This document shows positions 56,215 through 64,000 of a stretch of DNA of 64,000 nt, piece after piece; positions within the stretch are counted from its first letter, which is position 1; each line of letters opens with the position of its first letter. The notes under the pieces are model-generated. The model saw only the letters and a program-made list of their open reading frames with translations. It did not search any database and was not told the origin of the DNA. The stretch comes from the human T2T-CHM13v2.0 reference genome, Homo sapiens. The DNA lies in assembly GCF_009914755.1 (NCBI RefSeq), contig NC_060931.1; one strand, 5' to 3'. The position numbers and the translations under genes are program-made.

Positions 56215-56353
56215 CTGTGAAGGTGACCGAGGCCGTGCTGGTGCGGGAGACGCAGGTGCTAATGTATGATTTGGACTTGCTGTCGGGCTCGGGAGGGGTG
56301 AAGGCTCCTCAGGCGGTGATGGTGTCTTTGCAATGCGGAGAGGACCCGAATCA
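56215..56353 (-). CDS. AMPH: Amphiphysin exon ~10 (139 nt; Pro/Ser-rich DSGPLRIAKTPSPPEEPSPLPSPTASPNHTLAPASPAPARPRSPSQ)
   Basis: ttcctctag|T GAT TCG ... TCA CAG|gtagga; lies in ORF 56167..56379; contains the SP/TP sites known as proline-directed kinase (Cdk5) targets. Confidence 0.97.
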
Positions 56354-57328
56354 CTAGAGGAACACAGGGGATTGGGCAAGGGGCCTTCTCAAGAACAGTA
56401 TTCATCTAATCAGGGGTTTTCCATTTCAGAGAAACCCAGAAGCCTAACAGGTACTGTCTGTTGTCCTGCTCTCCCCTTCCAGGTTAATTCTGGTTAATTG
56501 CAACAGTGATGGTGATAACTGGTACCATTTATTTGCACTACAGAGACCTCATTCATGTATTATCTTTTGTCTTCACAGTAGCCATGTTTTATTGTCCCCA
56601 CTTTACAAGTAGTAAAGTGGGGCATAGATAGGTTAAAAATAAAAACTCTAAAATCACCCAGCAATTTAGTGAATCTGAATTCAGGTCTTAGTAATGCAAG
56701 CCCTCTGTTCTTTCAAACAAGTTCTGCAAGAATCTTCCAAACATAAGCTGAATTGATTTTACTCGCTTCACTTTCTATTTACAAGAGAATCTTGCCATGT
56801 CACAATCTATAAAAAACTATGAAAATTGTAACTTTTATATTAAAAGGTAACCTTAGGATAGTGTTAGTAAGGATTTTGTAGAAGTGCTTTCTAATAACAT
56901 TTGGAAATAAACTCACTAATTATTTCTCTTTCTAGACCTTATAAATAACTACTCAACTCAGGCATCTTGAAATGTGCAACAAAATCAGACAAGATTCAGT
57001 TTCGTTTACTAAGAACCCACCATGTTCCTGGCATGCGGCCAGACGCTCGGGAACAGCCCAAATGTGATGACTAAGAAGCACTCAGGACACATCCTACTCT
57101 CTAAGAATTTCTAAAGTCTACAGCTCGAAGAAACAGAGTCTGTACCCCAAAATAAAAGAGCATGTACACAGCAGCATGGTCTACATATTCAAAGGGCTGA
57201 GGAAACTGGGTCCTTTAGCGAGAACACAGACATGCCACATGATTGGGGTCATATGCCAGCAATCATGGCCTCAGATGGAAACATAGCCCCAATCTAAGCT
57301 TAATAGAGATGCCACTGAGCTCACTCAC

Positions 57329-57337
57329 CACCTCATT
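57329..57337 (-). CDS. AMPH: Alternative 9-nt microexon AATGAGGTG (S replaced by RMRC); likely retina 'insert A'
   Basis: ttcctttcactttttttcaacattcctctgcag|AATGAGGTG|gtgagt: strong acceptor, near-consensus donor, frame-preserving in a phase-2 intron with no stop (AGA ATG AGG TGT). Confidence 0.8.
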
Positions 57338-58706
57338 CTGCAGAGGAATGTTGAAAAAAAGTGAAAGGAACATTCATTAAGTGGTCATGGCCCCGCTTTT
57401 TCTTCACTGTATCTCATTTGGCAACATTACAATTTTCAGATGAATTTGTCCCTTTCATTTCCATGTAAGGGAACAACCCTAAATTTTTTCATGCACTTCA
57501 TTTTTAAAACACTCAAATATCATTCTGATATTCCCATTCCAATTCTTCCTTCGTGCCTAGCCCCATACTGAAATAACCATACTGAAAACAGTAACTCTGC
57601 CTCTCTTATGTATTCTTTCAGGCAATATTCTTTCCCTTAGAAAGAGAAGATATACTACTGCTTACATAGTATAGAAACCATAGCAGAACCTATAAGTAGG
57701 GCTAATCCAAAGAGCAGGGAATAAGAAAATTAACAATCTCTAGAGGGATCCAAACATTAACATATGTAGAAGTTGGTTCATGTGTATGACTATGTGTGTT
57801 TTCATAAATGTATGCAAATAAGTGTTTGTATTAAAATGGCAAATATAGAATGTCAGGACTGTATATTACCTTGGAAACCATGTAGTTCAATAGTATCTTT
57901 TTTTTTCTATTGAATTAAAAAAAATGAGACCTCTAACCAGAGAGGTTTTGAACTTACTCAAGGAAGGCAAAGCAAGTTAACTGCAAAATCAGAAAACCGA
58001 AAGCTGGGTCTTCTGACTCCCAGCTCACTAGCCTTCAATCTCTGAGTACGTAAAGTCTGCGAAGGATGGAATAAAAAGGATTCCAGAATCACTGGAGAAA
58101 GCTGGTGTGCAGCCGAACCCTGGCAAGGTAGACAGGTCACCTATGGATCATTGGGGCTCCGGGGTATTTGACTGGCATACTCATAATGCAACGTGCAATA
58201 AAACAAAAACAGCACAGTGTTCACCAGATCAAGAGTCAGGAGGTAAGAGGAAGATGAGATCTCACCTACTTCCTCTTTCCTTTCCCAAAATGGATTCATG
58301 AAAGACGTCAGCATCAATGATAACAATCAAGACAAACTGTCATAAACTTTGGGAATTCCTTTCTTCTCCGGAGAAAATATTAAGTGCATAACAAATTATA
58401 TATTACAACAAGCATATACATTATATATTAAAATTTCACACTGTTGCTATCAGGCCTCATGGAAAGCAGAGAGAGGCAGAGAGGCAGAAAGTCAATGCTG
58501 TTGTGACAAGAAGAAGAATCCTAGTTGGGTCACTGAAGGCCAGAAATAAATGTAAAAGCACAAAAATAAAATTAGTGTCAGCTTCTAGGGTGAAAAGGCT
58601 CCTGTGGGACTTTTGTAGGATAAATAAAATAGTACAGGCTGGTCCACAGATTGCAGAAATTTTAACAAGCAGGACATTACAGGTGCTCCAATGAGCAGGG
58701 GCCTAC

Positions 58707-58789
58707 CTGGGCGCTCCTTGGATGGTGAAGGCCTTGTCGGCGTGCTGGTCACCCAGTTTTGTCATCACTTCATACAGTTTGTGGCAAAG
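58707..58789 (-). CDS. AMPH: Amphiphysin exon ~9 (83 nt; LCHKLYEVMTKLGDQHADKAFTIQGAP-S)
   Basis: ccccttag|CTT TGC CAC ... GCG CCC AG|gtaggc; phase 0/2, continues the frame of the previous exon. Confidence 0.97.
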
Positions 58790-59412
58790 CTAAGGGGACA
58801 GAGGCCACTTGTCTATTAGTCACATGTCATTCTGGTGCCAATTCAGGCTATTCTCCCCAAGAAAGAAATTGCTTATTGAGAAGCTATAAATTTTATGATA
58901 GCTTGGATGGCCTCAGGATAACTGAAATTCTGTATACGGTTCAAATTTAAAATCTATGTCAAAACTGAAACAAACGAAACACGAGTAAACTAAATATATA
59001 TGTATATATTTATTAACCGGAGTACAGGGCAGAAAACAAAAGCTTACTGTTTACATTGACTCCACCCTTTTGAACAACAACAACAAAAAGCAATCAACAA
59101 CAGAGTTGATTATCTAAATACTTTGAGAGCAATTTTTCATTAGCCTAAAATACCACTGGGAATTCCAACTTTATAAACTGCCTGGTAAAAGAAACAACAC
59201 TGTAAAACTGTGGCAAAATCTTCAAAAGATACAAAGAACTATGTGATCACTATGAAAAACCGTAGAAATGTTATCGAGGGTAATAACACACTGCTAAAAG
59301 AAACATACAAAAGGGTGAATTCTTTGGATAATTCTATCCCATTTCATTTGCGTCCAAAATAAACCTTCCTTTACTTTATATTCCATATGCAAAAATTATC
59401 GTCATGACTCAC

Positions 59413-59488
59413 CACCGCAATTTCCTTATGAAACTTGGCTTCAAGGCTGGAGACGTTTTTGAAAGTATTAACATAAAATCCAACTCGT
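59413..59488 (-). CDS. AMPH: Amphiphysin exon ~8 (76 nt; BAR domain, RVGFYVNTFKNVSSLEAKFHKEIAV)
   Basis: Minus strand catggcag|A CGA GTT GGA ... GAA ATT GCG GTG|gtgagt; translation matches human amphiphysin as I recall it; phase 2/0. Confidence 0.97.
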
Positions 59489-59726
59489 CTGCCATGTGGA
59501 AACACAAAGAGGAAAGAAGAGAGAGGGAAAGACCAGTCAGTAAAAATAATTTTAATAGCAATGAAATGTATGAAAACCCAGGTTTCTTTTACACCATTTT
59601 GAATAACTTTGGACTAAATAAAATACTGAACCCAAAGCAAGCCCAACATTTCCTCATCTGTTAATGAACAAAAACAAGTATCTTTTGGCATAGAGCATGA
59701 CCTCTCCTAAAATTCAGTGCCTTAAG

Positions 59727-59885
59727 ACAGTGATTCTCAAACTTTAGTGTGCATGAGAACCACCTGAAGGGTGTGTTTCTGATCTAGTAGGTCTGAACAT
59801 GAAGACTGAGAATTTGTATTTCTGATGAGTTTCTAGGTGATAACTGATGCTGCTGATTCAGAGACAACGCTTATGGAACCCCCGC
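59727..59885. mobile_element. MER5A-like hAT element
   Basis: cagtgattctcaaactttagtgtgcatgagaaccacctg...gatgctgctg. Confidence 0.7.
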
Positions 59886-60877
59886 CCTGAGAACTTATTT
59901 ATATTTTAGTTACTGTTTCTTGCTTTCAAGATTTGAGAAGTTCATTATTAACTTTTATAAACTATAAATGGTCTAGTTATTATTATGTGTTTGGACTCTG
60001 AAATTTGTTTCATAGAAGGAAATACAAAACCCGTAAATTAATTCTAACTGCTCATCAAAAATAAGAGCGTGTCATCACTGAGTAAATGAAAACATAAGCT
60101 GCCCCTTCATAATAGCAATGAGATTAACTTCTTCTATGGCTTATCTTTACTTAAATCCCTAACATATTTGACTTAATCTTAAATTTCTATACCTACAGTG
60201 ATCATGTGACCCTGACTTCATATATTTTTCTTTTAATTGATTTTAAAAGATCATATACTTATTCATAAATACATGTGCATATACCTATTCATATGCATAC
60301 AAATACACATGCATATAGACATCTATTCATTAATAAAGAAAATCCTCCACAGTGTGTTTGGGAAATGGTAAGCCCCCAGGAAGATCAGACCAGAGCCTGG
60401 GAGAGGAAAGCCTAGTGAGGAAGCAGATGGTTCTCTGGGGCAGAGGTCCTTGCCAGACCACGAAGCACAATATTTATTGGCAGGCAGTGGGCAACCCCTA
60501 GATGTGTCTGAGATAGGGCAAAGGAGAAGACTTGCACCTGTATTTGAGGAAGCTAATTAAGGCAGCAGCTTGACAGGCAAGGAGAGACCCTACAGGCTAC
60601 CTATACATTATGCAGAGGGACCCCACTCGCAGTGTTTGCAGAGAAGTCTTCTGGGGTACTTTGAGTGGCAACTCATGACCCCTTCTCCAAGGCCCCAATC
60701 AACTGGGACAGTAATTCTTAACACTTTTCTTCCTTCAATTACTTCCTTCAATTACTCAACAAAGGACCTATCCAACTCTGGGTACATGCACAGTGGTAGG
60801 TGAACATGTCTCTAGGAACGTACAATCCAGTTAGAGAAGCATCCAGAGGGGCTGCTCTATTTATACTTACAATGGAA

Positions 60878-60889
<12 letters not shown>

Positions 60890-60914
<25 letters not shown>
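60890..60914. repeat. (TG)n microsatellite (run begins ~60880)
   Basis: Perfect TG run. Confidence 0.9.
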
Positions 60915-60921
<7 letters not shown>

Positions 60922-62649
60922 AATAAGCAGATTTTATATATATGTGTATATATATTAGAAATAAGCAGCTTATAAAACCACATGGGAATGTTAAGTTACA
61001 ACAAGAAGGCATACATGATTACATATCAAAAGTGAGTGGATATGGGCAGAAACAGAGAAACTGAGAAGAGAGGAGAGCAATGGGCCCTGTGACAGCTGCA
61101 AACATCTGCTTAAGAGGACAAACTTGGGCTGCAGAAAGAAGTGTCCAATTTAAATAGAAGGTGGGTACAGATGGAAGAGGTGTGTAAGCTGAACTTCACT
61201 GGAGAGTATTATTTTATTTTTATTAATTTTTTTCTATGGTAAATAAAACCCTAATGAATATCTATGATTAAGGTTTTGTACACAGCTTATTCATTTCCTT
61301 AGGACAGATTTCTTGAAGGTATTTGCTGGTAAAAGGAGTGAACCAAATAAGCACTGATGTTCACCGTCAGACTGCTCAACTGGTCGCACTAGACTGGGCC
61401 ACTTATAGTCCCTTACATTACCTTACATACAACCTTTATAAATATGATAGCCAAAAGTTAGCATCTCACTGACTTTGAAGTTTATATTTCTTCAATTAAA
61501 GTTAACACTTTCATTCATTTATTTATTGCTCATTTGTATTCCTTCTTTTGTGAATCACCTATTCAAATTTTTTTATTTCTTAGTATTGTTTTTCTTATCA
61601 ATATGTAATGGCATTTCTATTAAACATATTTAACTTTGGATGCATTAGGCAAAAACAAAAAAGAAGTCCCATTCTTCTATATTTCAATTTTGTTTTCTGA
61701 TATACAGCATATCTTAAGTTGTCAAATCAATTATTATCCTGAGAAAATGGTATAGTATCAGAAATATCTTATTTAGAATAACTAAACATCTATTTCTAAT
61801 ATTTTGTTTTTTAATTTAGAAATTAACTAGCATGTATTTAATTAGGATAAAGTGTCCAACATTTTTGATACAACTGATAGTGATTTTCTCCAATTTATGA
61901 AGTCAGAGATCCTGCAAAGAGGGGAATGCCTTTAACTAGTTCACTATTACAGCCCTAGCACCTAGTACACGGCAAGCATGAGTAAATGAATAAATTCCAT
62001 AAATGAACAAACAAGCCAGTGAATGAAGAAACTTGGCACTCATTCCACTATAAGAGCATATTCCGATGTGACCCTGGCTTGTAAAAACTTAATGTAACCA
62101 GCAGTAGAACATACAGACACAGAGTACCAGCATACCAGGCTCTTGATTCTGATATTATCTGCTTAAAAGTTTCATTTTGCACAGGGACTCTGAGACATCA
62201 CCATTTCCCCAAATGTGGCATCCTCAGGACACTTCTTATTAGCTGTCAAAACCAACTTAATTTCTTTATTAAGATGTTTCTTTGTTCTCAGAAATAAAGG
62301 AAAAATTAAGTTGAGCTTATCACAGCTACAGTTTGCAGGCCTGAGCACTCTCCCTTTCGCAATGCCCTAAGGAAATCTGCCTCCCTGGAGGCGAGTGTCA
62401 GTGCTTCCTGCAGACCCTCTTGCAGTGGAGGAGGCAACCCTTGCTGTCCTTCACTTACTATGGAGATGGAGTATGAGGAAGAGTTTTTTCCTAGCTCTCT
62501 TCTGATCCTCTAAGCTCATTTACACTCCATTTCAGGATTAATGGCACTCATATTAAACCTCTTCAAAGCTTAATATCAACCTCTCAGCAAGACTCCTCAA
62601 CCCCAACCAAAATCCACAATGGCATGCCTCATGGTTTCCCCTCTCTCCC

Positions 62650-63960
62650 TCACCAAATCCTAACACTAACACAGTAGATCTCAACAACCCTATGACTATC
62701 CAGCCAAAACATGAGCCCTCTAACTAGGGACCCCAGCATTCTATTTATACACATTCTGCATTGGCCTCTGACATCTTGGATCTTGCCATGACTCACAACT
62801 ATTTCACCTCTGAAATGGGGCAGATTAGTGGCCCACCCACTAACCTAATTTCCTGGGCCATGAGCTCCCTCATTCATTCATTTCCATTCCACCTGCTTCT
62901 TTCAAAACCTCTGTGAGATCAATGCACTTTTCTTCCAGGCCACTACCCTTGATCAGGTTGAACATCCTGCTTTATCAAGCTTGGGCCCTGTGGTATACCC
63001 CTCAACACTCTCTGGTCAGTCCTATCAACACCCTTCCTCCTTGTCCTGATCCCCTGTTTGCCCCACATATCTTCAGTCCTAAATTATTCCACCTTTACCA
63101 CAACTATGCCATCTTCTCAAAATGACAAAAGTTATTTTTAGAAAGCTCCCCTTGCCCTCTAATTTCCCTATACCAGCTGCCACAATTCCTCAGGCCCATC
63201 ATAGTTAGAATCCTCAAAATAACAGACACTGTTGCTGCTTCCTCATCTCCAATGGAGTCTCCAATGCCTATAATCAAGCTTCTGATCCCAACATCTACTG
63301 AAACCCCTCTGGACGTTTACCAAAGGTGATGCCTCTTTAGTCCTCATCTGCTTGATACCTCTATTGTAAATGATAGTCCTGGCACTCCTCATTTTTAAAA
63401 TTCTCTCCATTCTTGCCTTTTTGAGATATCCCTCTGTCATGGCTCCTTCTACATCTCTGATTAATTTTTGGAAGGCTTTTCCACAGTCCCCTCTTCTTTT
63501 GCACATTCCATAAAATATTAGTGCTCTCAAAGGTTCTGCTTTGATCCTCATCTTGCCATTTGATCTATCCGACCATCTAATTCATCAACTCTCATGGCAT
63601 CATTACCACCCATATGGTAATGACTCCCAAACCTCTCTTCAAGCTTTAGACTTAGCTTAATAGACATATCTTTTTGAATTTCCTAATGATTCTTCAACTC
63701 AACATATATAAGCCAGACTCAATCTTCCCAAAATTTCCTTTTCTTTACATATTGTCTATCTGTTTGAGGGACAACTTCCCTAAACATCCAAACTATAGTC
63801 TGAGTTACACCATCTCATGTCACTCTCTACTAAATTATCGTTTTTTAAAATTTTTTCTGCATTGAACTTATTGTCTGATATCTTATTTTTCATTTCTTTT
63901 AAAGATAACTGCCTTTCCCTGTCCTTCAATATAAGCTCCAAGCAAACAAAAACTTTCAGT
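62650..63960 (+). mobile_element. L2 fragment(s)
   Basis: Pyrimidine-rich degenerate L2-like sequence (tgactcccaaacctctcttcaagc...caactcaacatatataagccagactc); boundaries approximate. Confidence 0.6.
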
Positions 63961-64000
63961 ACAGAATCTTTAACATCTAACGGAGTTCTTCACACACAGT

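Overview
Human genomic DNA (Alu-rich, with two human-specific AluYa5 copies) covering the middle of AMPH (amphiphysin 1), which is transcribed on the minus strand. Ten canonical coding exons (about exons 8-17, aa 197-466; numbering recalled from the 695-aa isoform) were mapped to the base with GT-AG boundaries and consistent phases. They span the end of the BAR domain, the Pro-rich region, the AP-2/clathrin-binding (CLAP) motifs and the alternative 42-aa exon. The rest is intron filled with Alu, L1, L2, MIR, MaLR LTRs, DNA transposons and microsatellites. The main result is a hidden alternative-splicing programme inside the introns: (1) a 1740-nt, phase 0/0, fully open giant exon (20706-22445, 580 acidic aa) with two in-frame internal donors and downstream UAG/YCAY clusters; (2) a 9-nt microexon with strong splice signals (57329-57337) turning GAP-S-DSG into GAP-RMRC-DSG. 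From memory these two sizes match the inserts of the retina-specific variant 'amphiphysin Ir', so they are probably described but under-annotated. Candidates I do not recognise from the literature: a 6-nt GQ microexon before the W-box exon, a possibly frameshift-decayed exon behind exon 12, a stop-containing microexon before exon 17, an AG|GT recursive-type site, a near-identical inverted AluYa5 pair bracketing the clathrin-box exon, a NOVA-type YCAY cluster behind exon 17 and a perfect RFX X-box. No prokaryotic-type system is present.
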